Of a stretch of 38,333 nucleotides of DNA, positions 10,298 to 21,220 are shown one piece after another. How positions within the stretch are numbered: the first letter of the stretch is position 1; every line of letters starts with the position of its first letter. Location: contig NC_057720.1 in NCBI RefSeq assembly GCF_004010195.1, forward strand, positions 1,890,418 to 1,928,750. The letters are read 5' to 3'. The notes under the pieces were generated by a model. That model did no database searches, had not been told where the DNA came from, and saw nothing but the letters and a program-made list of their open reading frames with translations. The translations under genes and the position numbers were made by a program. Source of the stretch: Chiloscyllium plagiosum. Its lineage: Eukaryota.

Positions 10298-11196
10298 GGA
10301 ACATCCCGGTTGGAGGAACCTTTGTCATTCCCGGGAGTGCCATGGCCAATAAGAGTAAATACCCACCACGAGAGGCACAACAACAACTGGGACACCGACT
10401 GCAACAACAACAGACACCCATCGATGGACGGCATCAAATATTCGCATGATCATGTGGCACCGCGCCAGAAAAGGAGATCTGGGGGATAGTTAGGTCAGAG
10501 AGAGAGGCTGGAGAAATATCGGGAGAAAGTTCCAGAGTTTAGGATGCAGCCAGCTCAGGGAACAGGTGCCAGTGGTGAAAGGCTCAAAAGAGGGCAGGAA
10601 AACCCAAAATGAGAAGAAAGCAGAGATTGAGGAGGATTATAATATTTCAGGCGATAACAAAGAGATCGAGGGCAGGGATGAGAATATTGAAACAGAGTCA
10701 CGGGCAGATGCAGGAGGTTACTGTCATCGAGTCATACAGTACAGACACAGACCCTTCTGCCCAACTGATCCATGCCAACCTGGGTTCCGAAACTGAACTC
10801 GTCCCATCTGTCTGCATTTAGAGTTATAGAGTCATAGAGATGTACAGCATGGAAACAGACCCTTTGGTCCAACCCGTCCATGCTGATCAGATATCCCAAC
10901 CCAATCTAGTCCACCTGCCAGCACCCGGCCCATATCCCTCCAAACCCTTCCTATTCATATACCCATCCAGATGCCTCTTAAATGTTGCAATTGTACCAGC
11001 CTCCACCACTTCCTTTGGCAGCTCATTCCACACACGTACCCCCAAAACATGTAGCGAGGACCTCAGTCTAACATTATATTGATGATCAGCCATAAACAAA
11101 TCGGATGGCAAAGCAGGCTTGAAGGGCTGAATGGCCTACTCCTGCATGGATTTTCTATGTTTCAGATTGATTGCTTTAATAAAGCGAGCAGAGAAA

Positions 11197-11775
11197 GTTG
11201 GGTTTGTGTTCCCAGCGGGTAGAGGGAGTCGGGTTTGTGTTCCCGGTGGGCGGAGGGAGTCGGGTTTGTGTTCCCAGTGGAGGGAGTTGGGTTTGTGTTC
11301 GCAGTGGAGGGAGTCGGGTTTGTGTTCCCGGTGGAGGGAGTCGGGTTTGTGTTCCCGGTGGAGGGAGTTGGGTTAGTGTTCCCAGTGGAGGGAGTCGGGT
11401 TTGTGTTCCCAGTGGAGGGAGTCGGGTTTGTGTTCCCGGTGGGCAGGAGTCGGGTTTGTCTTCCCGGTGGGCGGAGGGAGTCGGGTTTGTGTTCCCGACA
11501 GGCAGAGGGAGTTGGGTTTGTGTTCCCGGTGGGCAGAGGGAGTCGGGTTTGTGTTTCCGGTGGGCGGAGGGAGTCGGGTTTGTGTTCCCTACAGGCAGAG
11601 GGAGTCGGGTTTTGTTCCCGGTGGGCAGAGGGAGTCAGGTTTGTGTTCCTTATGGGCAGAGGGAGTCGGGTTTTGTTCCCGGTGGGCAGAGGGAGTCAGG
11701 TTTGTGTTCCCTATGGGCAGAGGGAGTCGGGTTTTGTTCCCGGTGGGCAGAGGGAGTCGGGTTTGTGTTCCCGGT
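11197..11775. repeat. 27-31-bp minisatellite
   Basis: Unit (GG)GCAGAGGGAGTCGGGTTTGTGTTCCCGGT with a 27-bp variant, about 19 copies. Confidence 0.95.
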
Positions 11776-11849
11776 GAGCGGACAAACTACTTTCTACCGA
11801 AAGGTTTGGTACCTGTTTACCGAAAATGGCACAGCAGCATGGGGACGTT

Positions 11850-11920
11850 GTACACTCCTCACTGTCCTCCTGCACTTGACCAAACACGTGACAATAAAAC
11901 TAAATTCCAATTCGAATTTG
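11850..11920 (+). mobile_element. Rex1/Babar-like 3' end
   Basis: CACTGT..CACGTGACAATAAAACTAAATTCCAATTC resembles the 3' end at 20335-20384. Confidence 0.5.
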
Positions 11921-12794
11921 AAACCTTTCCTATCCCTGGACCTGTCCAAATGCCTATTAAATGTTGTAAGTGTACCAGCCTCCACCACTTCCTCTGGCAG
12001 CTCATTCCATACACACACCACACTCTGAGTGAGAAAGTTGCCCCTTAGGTCCCTTTTAAATCTTACCCCTCTCACCTTAAACCTATGCCCTCTAGTTCTG
12101 GAGAAAAGACCTTGGCTGTCCACCCTATCCATGCTCCTCATGATTATATAAACCTCTGAAAGGTCATCCTCAGCCTGTGCTCCAGGGAAAAATGTCCCAG
12201 TCTATCCAACCTTTCCTCTTAACTCCTGTAAATCTTTTTTGTTGCACACTTTCCAATATACTAACCCCCTTCCTATGGTAGGAAGAGCAGAATTGAACGC
12301 AGTATTACAAAAGTGGCCTAACCAATGTCCCATACAACTGCGATATGACCTCCCAACTCTCATACTCAATGCTTTAACCAGTAAAGGCAAGTGTTCCAAA
12401 CACCTTCTTCACCCCCTGTCTCCCTACGGCTCCACTTTCAATTAACTAAGTCCCTGCACCTCTGGTTGTCTCTGTTCACAACATTCCCCAGGGCCCGACC
12501 ATTAACTGTACAATGGGCAGATGGACATGGAGTGGGTTATGACACAGAACCAGAATTTTGGGTGAGTTCAAGGTTATGGAGGGTGGAAGATGCTCAGTTT
12601 GTTCTCTGTCTCGAGGTTGCAACTCTGACAAATATCAACCAGGATGACAGAGTTAAAATCCCCCTGACATGAAGTGGTGAGTGTGAGACCAGGGAAACTC
12701 TCAGTGCGACTCCTGTTAATTATTGACTGAACAAAATAACTCGGTTATCTCCCTCCCTCCCTCTCTCTGCGTCAGGGCAAACACACTGACTCAC

Positions 12795-12901
12795 CGTGTT
12801 GAACTTAAAAAAAGTTTTTTTTCCATAAGTTAGAACTATCAGAAAGGATTAAACAGTTGGGCCAGAACAGGCCAGAAACAGAGAGGTGACCGAACAGAAT
12901 C
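12795..12901 (-). other. Candidate 107-nt exon
   Basis: Acceptor CCTTCACAATCTTACAG|G and donor CACG|GTGAGT. GC box at 12985-12994 and an HNF1-like site at 12715-12727 nearby. Confidence 0.35.
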
Positions 12902-13249
12902 CTGTAAGATTGTGAAGGAGTTAAAGTGCAGAGTCACAGCTTCCTACAGAGATCGAAACTTCCAAAACATCTCCCCCCAGAGACGGGGCGGGACAGGGAG
13001 ATATTCTCGCTTCAATGAAGAGGGAGCTGCATAAATACGCGATGGGGGAAAGGAATCAGGGGGTCTGCTGACCGAGTCAGAACTTGAGGCGTGATGGAAG
13101 GTCCAGGACACAGCAAATGGGCCAAATGGCCTGTAAATTCACCAAATCGGGGAACATTAGAGCATTTGTTTTGGTGCTGGATCTTCGAAAAGGCAGACAT
13201 GATTACTACCACATCCTTCAGCCTCTGTCTATGCATGCTGTTGGATTAG

Positions 13250-13364
13250 AATACACGGACACTGGGAGAATGTGCAAACTCCACACAGACAAACACTAGA
13301 ATCGAACCTGGGACCCTGGTGCTGGGAGACAGCAGTGCTGACCACTGAGCCACCGTGCCGCCCC
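13250..13364 (-). mobile_element. HE1-like SINE 5' part
   Basis: GGGGCGGCACGGTGGCTCAGTGG..GGTTCGATTC..GTGTGGAGTTTGCACATTCTCC on the minus strand. Confidence 0.85.
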
Positions 13365-13575
13365 GTGACCTGTCGGATTGACTCAGTGCAAGCTTCACTC
13401 TGCCTTGAATTATAATCCTTAAACTGTTGGGATGCAGCACATTGCTAGCTGTCAGTAAATAGCGCGGTAACAGCCTGAACAGGTGAACGAGCCAGAGAGC
13501 CAAAGGGAGCAGAGAGAGAGAGAGAGAGAGAGCAGGGGTGGGGGGAGAGTTGACGGTGCCTCCCACATCACTCAC

Positions 13576-13660
13576 CGTGCCGGCCATAGTAATCGCCGTG
13601 TTCCCGCACCATGCTCACTGAGCGAGCTCAGAGGCAGCATCTCCCTGCCTGCACTCTGCA
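13576..13660 (-). other. Candidate first exon
   Basis: CpG-rich. Donor CACG|GTGAGT at 13575. Two good-Kozak ATGs: 13612 (MVREHGDYYGRH) and 13587 (MAGT). 5' edge is a guess. Confidence 0.45.
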
Positions 13661-13668
13661 CACAACAA

Positions 13669-13810
13669 GGTTAATCTTTAACCTTTAACCAGCCAGGCTG
13701 CGCTACTCTCGCGTCAGCTACAGTGTTTACTCTGGCAAACAGTGATAAACACAGCAACCCAGAATCCCACACAAACTTCACAGCCAGGAGGGAAGGGACT
13801 GTTTATTGGA
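13669..13810 (-). promoter_or_regulatory. Candidate HNF1/forkhead/CCAAT promoter
   Basis: GGTTAATCTTTAACC (13669-13683). Forkhead-type TGTTTAC (13724-13730), GCAAACA (13735-13741), GATAAACA (13744-13751) and TGTTTAT (13800-13806). CCAAT on the minus strand at 13805-13809. Confidence 0.5.
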
Positions 13811-13899
13811 CAAATATGGCCTCTACACTTCACCCTTGGAAGCCGAGAAGCAATGAAGAAGTGTGATAAACTGACTGGGAGTATGTTAAAATCACCTCT

Positions 13900-14010
13900 C
13901 CTCATCTCTGTAACCTCCTCCAGCCCCTACACCCCTCCCTATCTCTGTAACCTCCTCCAGCCCCTAGACCCCCTCCCTATCTCTGTAACCTCCTCCATCC
14001 CCTACACCCT
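13900..14010. repeat. About 37-bp tandem repeat (three copies)
   Basis: ATCTCTGTAACCTCCTCCAGCCCCTACACCCCTCCCT repeated. Confidence 0.8.
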
Positions 14011-14318
14011 GTCTCTGTCCCTGTGTGTTTCTGTCCCCCTGTGCGCCTCTGTTCCCCCTCTGCGTCTCTGTCCCTCTCTCTCCTCCGTTAAGACAGTCCT
14101 GAATGTTTCTCTCTTTGATCATGTTTGGTTTCTCTGTTTTAATCTTTGCTTGATGTTATTTTGTTTGACTGCTCTCTCACGTGGTGCTGTGTGACGGTCT
14201 ACTCCTGTGAACGACCCAGAAGTTGTTGTGTTTTGATGGATGTTGTGAAGCCTGTTTTATAACAGAAACTGTAGCTCGAGGAGGTTTCACATTGTTAAAC
14301 TCTGTGATGTTTCTTAAA

Positions 14319-14411
14319 CACAACCACCTGATGAAGGAGCAGCGCTCCAAAAGCTAATGCTTCCAAATAAACCTGTTGAATTATAACTTGGTGTTGAATG
14401 ATTTTGAACTT
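14319..14411 (+). mobile_element. 93-bp hammerhead-motif insertion with TSD
   Basis: CTGATGA-AGGAGCAGCGCTCC-AAAAGCTA, with the G of GAAA mutated, then AATAAA. Flanked by TGTTTCTTAAA (14308-14318, 14412-14422). Confidence 0.7.
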
Positions 14412-14764
14412 TGTTTCTTAAAGTTTTGAGATGTGCTCTGAACAAAAAATAAGTTCCTGGTGTATTTCCTCCCTTGTTTCTTCCTAACTTCCATCCTGAT
14501 ATTGTTTATTTTCCCTCAGTCCTTGCCTCTGCTCTCACAGTGGTAGTGTCCTGCAAACAGAGTGTGGCTGGGATCCACTAGCTCACCTGCAACTCCTTCA
14601 GCTGGGACTGGGGCCAGGCTGCTCAATGAAGCTGTAAATCATACACCTATTGGCTTTGGAGAGGGGGCAGATGAACTTGACCAGGATCGGAGTGGATTAG
14701 CTACGAGATAAACTTGTTTGTACAAGTGTCTGAGGCTGAGTGGCCTAATGGCAGTGGGGGAATT

Positions 14765-15112
14765 ATGAGGGATGTGGATACTGTGGATCGTTGGAGTCTT
14801 TTACCCAGAGTGGAAATGTCAACTGCTGGGGCGAGGGGCATAGGTTCAATGTAATAAGGAGAAGTTCAAAGGAGATATGTGAGACAAGATTTTTACACAG
14901 AGGGTGATAGGTGACTGGAATGTGTTGACAGGGGAATTGGTAGAAGCAGATACGATAGCAATAGTTAAGAAGCATTTAGACAGACACATGAACAGGCAGG
15001 GAACAGACGGATATGGACCATGATCAAGCAGATGGGATTATTGGCATCATGGCTGGCACAGACATAATGTGCTGAAGGGCCTGTTCTTATGTTGTACTGC
15101 CCTACTTTCTAT
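14765..15112 (+). mobile_element. CR1 LINE 3' fragment
   Basis: GGGCATAGGTTCAATGTAAT..TTTTACACAGAGGGTG..TGGAATG and the tail GCTGAAGGGCCTGTT..TTCTATG. Confidence 0.8.
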
Positions 15113-16223
15113 GGGCGTATCATTCTTCCGAAATCTCCTGGCATGCTGGAATATTTAGGGAGGTGGTGGGATGGCTGTGTGTTACCTGGGGACCAGCCTG
15201 TCTCCAATTAACTCACTTAAAGAGATTGGCCACCCCCAGGGGAAGGGAGATAGCTGCATTTCCAAATGGAATACTGGGAAGGGCAGTCAGACTGGGAAGG
15301 GTCAGCACTCAGCTCTCTGGGAGCCCAGGAGGTAGATTCAGGAACAGCAGAACACCCTCCAAGGGCTGAATGGCCTACTCCAAGCAGGTGTAAATATTTC
15401 CCTCACCAACCAAAGGCTAGAGCACCTCTCTGGGGCTGGTGGGATTTGATTCGGGGCTTCCAGACTCAGAGATATGGAGACTGCCAATGCTCCACAAAGC
15501 CCCTTTCCTAGCATGTGTCTGCTGCTTGTATCTTAGAATTGTCAATGTAATGATATCCCTTGTCTAATCCTCTGCCCACTCCACTCATCCAGCCCTGAAC
15601 CTACCGCTGGGCCAATTAGCACCTTGGGGATGCAAAATGATCCAGGTGGGAATTGGAAATCCTGGAACTCTCGGGAACCCTGATTGTGTTCCGAGATGAA
15701 ACCCCAGGAACCCCTGGGATTTATGAGCTATTTACTGAACTACACTGCACAGGACATGTCACTGCTGGAGAACGGACAATTGTTCAAAGTTTCTTTTTCC
15801 AGTTTAGTATTGCTGAAAGGATTTGCTTATTTCTTAAAATAAAGGGAACTGTAAATGTCAAAGTTCGAAAGCTCCCAGGCTCTCCCACACAGTGAATTCC
15901 CAGGCAGATCATATTCTCTGCACTGCATATTGTTAATGTCAGATTGCTTCCCACAGTTGTTACAGGGAATGTGCGCGGTATAACCTGGGGGTAGGGGCTG
16001 GTTACCAAATCCCATTCAGTTTCAGTGAATATTGCACTCAATTATCTTCATGACTTTGACCAAAGCTGCTCACCAACTTCTCTCTGAGAGACTCAAAGGC
16101 CAAAGGAACTTCACATCCAGTTCCATGGCTGACAACTCACTCAATGGCAAAATACTTTGGCACCTTGCCCATGCATTGATCAGTAGCCAGCACCCTCAGA
16201 ACGAGGGCAGCAAGGTGGCTCAG

Positions 16224-16482
16224 TGGGACAAGGAGTAGCTGATTTGTACACAGCAAGATCCCACCATTCATGAATGCCATCACAGCCACTTTTTGATTTT
16301 AACTATACCTCTTGTGCACTAAGGTACTCCTTCAGCCAATATCTCCCATGGATCTATAGCAACTTTTGTATGTTAGTCACTCCTGCTTTAGAACATATTT
16401 GACCACATTCATGGCACAATATCATTCTAGGTTATTCTAAACAGTTTTTACGCTGGAAATTGAAAGATAAATACCATAAGGC
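16224..16482 (+). repeat. 259-bp duplicate of 21681-21939
   Basis: Direct comparison by eye shows 3 mismatches. Confidence 0.95.
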
Positions 16483-17062
16483 AGCACGGTGGCACAGTGG
16501 TTAGCACTGCTGCCTCACAGCGCCAGAGACCCGGGTTCAATTCCCGCCTCAGGCGACTGACTGTGTGGAGTTTACACATTCTCCCTGTGTCTGCGTGGGT
16601 TTCCTCCGGGTGCTCTGGTTTCCTCCCACAGTCCAAAAATGTGCAGGTTAGGTGAATTGGCCATGCTAAATTGCCTGTAGTGTTAGGTGCAGGGGTAAAT
16701 GTAGGGGAATGGGTCTGGGTGGCACATTGGCTCAGTGGTTAGCACTGCTGCCTCACAGTGCCAGGGACCCAGGTTCGATTCCAGCCTTGGGCAACTGTCT
16801 GCGTGGAGTTTGCACATTCTGCCTGAGTGGGTTTCCTCCAGGTACTTCAGTTTCTTCCCACAATCCAGAGATGTGCAGATTAGGGTGAATTGGCCATGCT
16901 AATTACCCATAGTGTTCAGGGATATGTAGGTTAGGTCCACTAGTCAGCGTTAATGTAGAGTAATAGGGTAGGGGAATGGGTCTGGGTGGGTTACTCTTCA
17001 GAGGGTCGGTGTGGACTTGTTGGGCCAAATGGCCTGTTTCTACACTGTAGGGATTCTATGAA
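16480..17062 (+). mobile_element. Two tandem HE1/V-SINE-like SINEs (16480-16720, 16718-17062)
   Basis: GGCAGCACGGTGGCACAGTGGTTAGCACTGCTGCCTCACAGCGCCAG..GGTTCAATTCC, central TGTGGAGTTTGCACATTCT and a CR1-type tail. Confidence 0.9.
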
Positions 17063-17586
17063 TACATGAGCTATGTTCTTGATGAAAGTGAATCTTGTAC
17101 GGAAGCTGGCAAGTACCAATCTTGGTGGCAGAGCCAATACACTCCATGCTACCTCACTGGCTTACTCTACCCAATGGTAGAATACAGCTGCTTCACCTGG
17201 CATAGGGGTCACAGTCACCAACATGGTCAGTAGCACCTCCACCAGACCGTATGGGTCATTTTTGGGATGTTGAGACCAACACCAGCTCGAGTGATGTTTG
17301 CACATGTCCAAAGGGTAAATATTATCCTTGAAGAACACCACTTCCACTGTCACAAAGCCTCAACAAGATTCACAAACCCATCAGAAATCCTTCAGTCCTT
17401 TTTGGAACACACTCTACAACCTGATGACTAGTTCTCCATGCTACTGCATGGGTACCTTCCCACAAGAGAATTTACTTTTAAAGACTCCAAGTGCTGTGTG
17501 TATTGTAACGTCTGTTTCATAACTTGTAATGTGTTTCACTCTTTTAAGTGAAGTAACCCACAAAGTTAATCCATCCTTGAAGAGCA

Positions 17587-17613
17587 ATTGATTATCAATC
17601 GTTAATCATTAAG
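17587..17613. promoter_or_regulatory. Candidate ONECUT(HNF6)+HNF1 enhancer motif cluster
   Basis: Palindrome ATTGAT-T-ATCAAT (17587-17599) directly followed by GTTAATCATTAAG (17601-17613). Confidence 0.4.
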
Positions 17614-18814
17614 GTCCCAGTGATGATTCAACTCCGACTTCACTGGAAACACGTCCAACTGTGAGCTGAGAACTGACCGGATACAGTGTTCCACAGAACA
17701 TGGCATAAGGATGGCTCAGGGAAAGACAGGGGCCCACTTGCTGCAGCAGGGGGTGGAACACAAGCAGCAGCTTGCTGCCTGATCAGAGACACTGCTTTCT
17801 GGATGAACTCCGTGCAGGTGATGTCTGCATTTAATGGCTGGAGGTGACAGATCCCACAGACCATGGCAAGGGGAGTTCCCTGTGACCTCCTGGCCAGTAT
17901 TTCTAGAGTAATGGTGAGTCAATAGAGCGCAGGAGGAGGCCGTTTGGCCCACTGAGTCTATGGCAGCTCATTAGCAACTTAATCACTCACATCCTCAGTT
18001 CTATCTCCACAGCCACACAAGTTTATTACCCATCATTGACCTCCCAATTCCCTTTTGAACAAATTCATTGTCTTACTTTCTCCGTTCCCATAAGCAGTGG
18101 AATCTACATCATGATCATGATGTTTTCCTCCTTTTACCCCCTGCATCCCTGACTAAGAGGTATAATCTGTGTACCCCTCAGTACTAGTGCAATCAGACAA
18201 ATGGGAACATCTATATGCTCTCGACTTAAACCAAAGCTGTTGTAATCTTGTAGACCTTCAAAGAGAACATGTGCAGCATCTAAAATCTCCCATCCCTGGA
18301 ATATTTCAGGTCCCCTTCCTCTGAGCACTCTCAGGTTACACATACCCCTGTTATTCCTCAATAATATCACTGAAATGGATTGTGTGGCTCATCAGAAAGT
18401 GTTTTATGTGGGATCTTGCTGTGCGTAAATCAGCTGCCCAGTTATCTCCATAACAAGAAAGATTGTAGTCCCAAGACCCTAGACTGGCTGTGAAATGCTG
18501 TGCTCTGTCCTCGGGTTCTGAAAGACTTTCTCCACATTTATTCTCCTCCCAAGTTCATAGGCTGCTCAAGATGTCCACTCTTTGTTGCCGCCCAGGGACA
18601 AAATTCAGAAGCACTGTGCGGGTCATGGTGGATAGAACTAAAACACACCTCAAAAAGCCACTTTCCACTGTAGTCACAGCTGCGAGATGTTGTGTTGGAT
18701 TTGAAGCAGCTCCCCTGTGACTACATAGAATGTCAGCTCTGGGAGTAATGTCAGATTTAGCTACGACAGACAGATGGATGATTCTCCAAATTCATCCTCT
18801 GTAGGTTTGCATCA

Positions 18815-19160
18815 CTGCTTGGTCCAGCATTTATTGCCCGTCCCTAGTTGCCCCTTCAGAAGGTAGGGGTGAGCTGCTTTCTTGAATCGCTGCAATCCAA
18901 GTGCTGTAAGTAGACCCACAATGCCCTTAGGGAAGGAATTCCAAGATATTAACCCAGCGAAGGGACAGCGATGTATCTCCAAGTCAGGATGGTGAGTGGC
19001 TTGAAAAGGAAATTTGTCAGTAGGACTCATGTATCCCCTGTCCCTGGAAAGGCAATCTAAGAAACTCTGGTGAATTTCTGCAGTGCATCTTGTAGATAGT
19101 ACACACTGCTGCTACTGAGTGTCAGTGTATGAGGGAGTGGATGCTGTGGATGTGGTGCAA
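18815..19160 (-). mobile_element. L2-like LINE 3' end
   Basis: SWNSFPKGIVG..GLQRFKKAAHPYLLKGQ and the tail GGGCAACTAGGGACGGGCAATAAATGCTGG. Confidence 0.7.
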
Positions 19161-19189
19161 TGGGGCTAACCCTACTGATTGATGACAGT

Positions 19190-20384
19190 TCCGCCTTCAG
19201 TACCATAATTCCAAACAAATTCATCCCTCAACTCTGAAACCTAGGTGTCAGCTCCCCCATCTCTAACTGGATCCTCGACTTCCTGACCCAAAGAGCGCAA
19301 TTGTTAAGAATAATTGACAACATCTCCACCATAATCCTCAACATAAGCGTACTCAGCTCCCTGCTATACTTCTCACACACTTACTTCTGTGTGGCCAACT
19401 CCATTTACATGCTTGCTGATGACATCACTGTTGGAGGTCAGATCTTAAACAACTAGGAGAAAGTGAGGACTGATGAAGGGCTTATGCCTGAAACATCGAC
19501 TCTCCTGCTCCTCGGATGCTGCCTGACCAGCTGTGCTTTTCCAACACCACGCTCTCGACTCAGATCTTAAACAACGATGAGATAAAATACAGGAAAGAGA
19601 CTGAGTGCTTGGTGACATGCTGTAAAGGTAGCAATCACTCCATCAGTGTCAGGAAAGTGAAGGAGCCGGTCATTGACTCCAGGAAGTGGAGTGGAGGGCA
19701 CAGCCCTGTCTGTATCAGTGGGGCTGAGGGGGAGATGGCTGAGAGTGTCACGTTCCTGGGAGTGACAATCCCCAACAATCTGTCCTGGTCCACCCATGTC
19801 AACACAACAATCAAGAAAGCACACCAACACCTCTACTTCCTCAGGAGACAAAGAAAATTCAGCATGTCCACAAAGACTCTCAGCAATTTTCATAGATGCA
19901 CCATAGAAAGCATCCTATCGGTCTGGCAACTGCTCCTCCCCAGACCACAAGAAATTACAGAGAGTTGTGAACACAGCCCAGCCCATCATGCAAACCAGAA
20001 TTCCATCCATTGACTCTATCTATACTTCCCGCTGCCTCAGGAAGGCAGCTAACATCATCACAGACTCTCACCAGGTTATACTCGCTTCCATCCCCTTCAT
20101 TCGGTCAGAAGATATAAACGTTTGAATACGCGTATGAACGGATTTATGAGCAGCTTCTTCCCCACTGTTATCAGACATTTGATCAGGGACCTCTCAAATG
20201 TTAATTCTGATTTCTCTCTCTCTGCACCTTCCCTGAAGCTGTAACAGTGTATTCTGCACTTCGTTATGTTATCCTGATGCACTTTGGATGGTACAATCTG
20301 CTATATCTGCCAAGATACGTTGAAACAACACTTTTCACTGTATCTCGGAACATGTGACAACAATAAATCAAACTCAAACTCAAA
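19190..20384 (+). mobile_element. Rex1/Babar-type LINE, 5'-truncated and decayed (RT C-terminus)
   Basis: LADDITV (YADD-like), ESVTFLG, LSWSTHVNTTIKKAHQHLYFLRRQRKF and NFHRCTIESIL. 3' end GTGACAACAATAAA(TCAAAC)n. Confidence 0.85.
19454..19559 (+). mobile_element. 106-bp hammerhead-motif insertion with 16-bp TSD
   Basis: CTGATGA-AGGGCTTATGCCT-GAAAC-ATC at 19470-19497. TSD TCAGATCTTAAACAAC (19438-19453, 19560-19575). Confidence 0.8.
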
Positions 20385-20964
20385 AGCTCAGGAGATTGCT
20401 TTGTCCTGGATGGTGTCAGGCTCTGGTGTGTTACTGTGTGTGCAACCATGGAGAGCTCTAAGAGGACATCTTCTCGAGAGCAATTTAGGATGGGCAATGA
20501 ATGCTGGCCCAGCCAGAAACACTCCAATTCCATAAATGATTAGGAAAAAACAAGCACCTGACTTGGGTGTAAAACATTTTGGGATATACAGGTGATGTTC
20601 TGAAGCAGAGACATACCAGACTTGAAACGTTAACTGTGTTTCACTGACGCTGCCAGACCTACTGAGTTTCTCCAGCATTCTTTGTACTTGTTTGGAATGT
20701 ACAGAGTCACAATAAAAATCCAGGTTTCTCTGTTTTTCCTCTATGTTATGGTGGAATGATTTTGGGAAGTAGGGAGTGAGATATATGGCCTCACCAGTCA
20801 GCACAGTATACGGGGGTCACCAGCTAAGAGTTTCTGGTCAATGGTGATCCTCAGGATGTTGATGGTAGGCATTCAATGATTTGTTGATTACAAACTAGTT
20901 TCATTGACTCAGAGATAACAGATTTGAAAAGCACCTCCAAGTGACAACAATTTAAACTCAAATA

Positions 20965-21220
20965 GAAAGCTGGTCTCAGTGATAGCCTATCATTGAATTG
21001 TTGAAAAAACCCATCTGGGTCACAAATGGCCTTTAGTGAAAGAATCTGCTGTCCTTACCTGGTCTGGCCTACATGTGACTCTAACCCACAGCAATGTGGT
21101 TGTCTCTTAATTATTCTCTGAACCAACCCAGCATGCCACTGGTGTAAGGGGCAGTTAGGAATGGCCAGTAAGGGGTGGCTTTGCCAGTGACTCTCACATC
21201 CCATGAAAGAACAAAAAAAA
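20965..21220 (+). mobile_element. SINE body/tail, family of 775-1112
   Basis: GAATCTGCTGTCCTTACCTGGTCTGGCCTACATGTGACTC..CACATCCCATGAAAGAACAAAAAAAA. Confidence 0.65.

Larger units (their letters stand above)
10726..12510 (-). mobile_element. Nested CR1 3' fragments (10726-10818 + 11920-12510; second copy 10819-11041)
   Basis: VRVWNELPKEVVEAGTIATFKRHLDGYM and TRGHRFKVRGVRFKRDLRGNFLTQ..WNELPEEVVEAG, plus CR1 terminal short repeats (ATAGAGTC). Confidence 0.85.

Noticed and set aside
11131..12048. Long Gly/Ser/Val-rich ORFs in three frames
   Set aside because: Artefact of the stop-free minisatellite.
16480..16560. tRNA genes at A/B-box motifs (also 6100-6178, 13290-13364, 22416-22490)
   Set aside because: They continue into SINE bodies and lack a complete cloverleaf and Pol III terminator.
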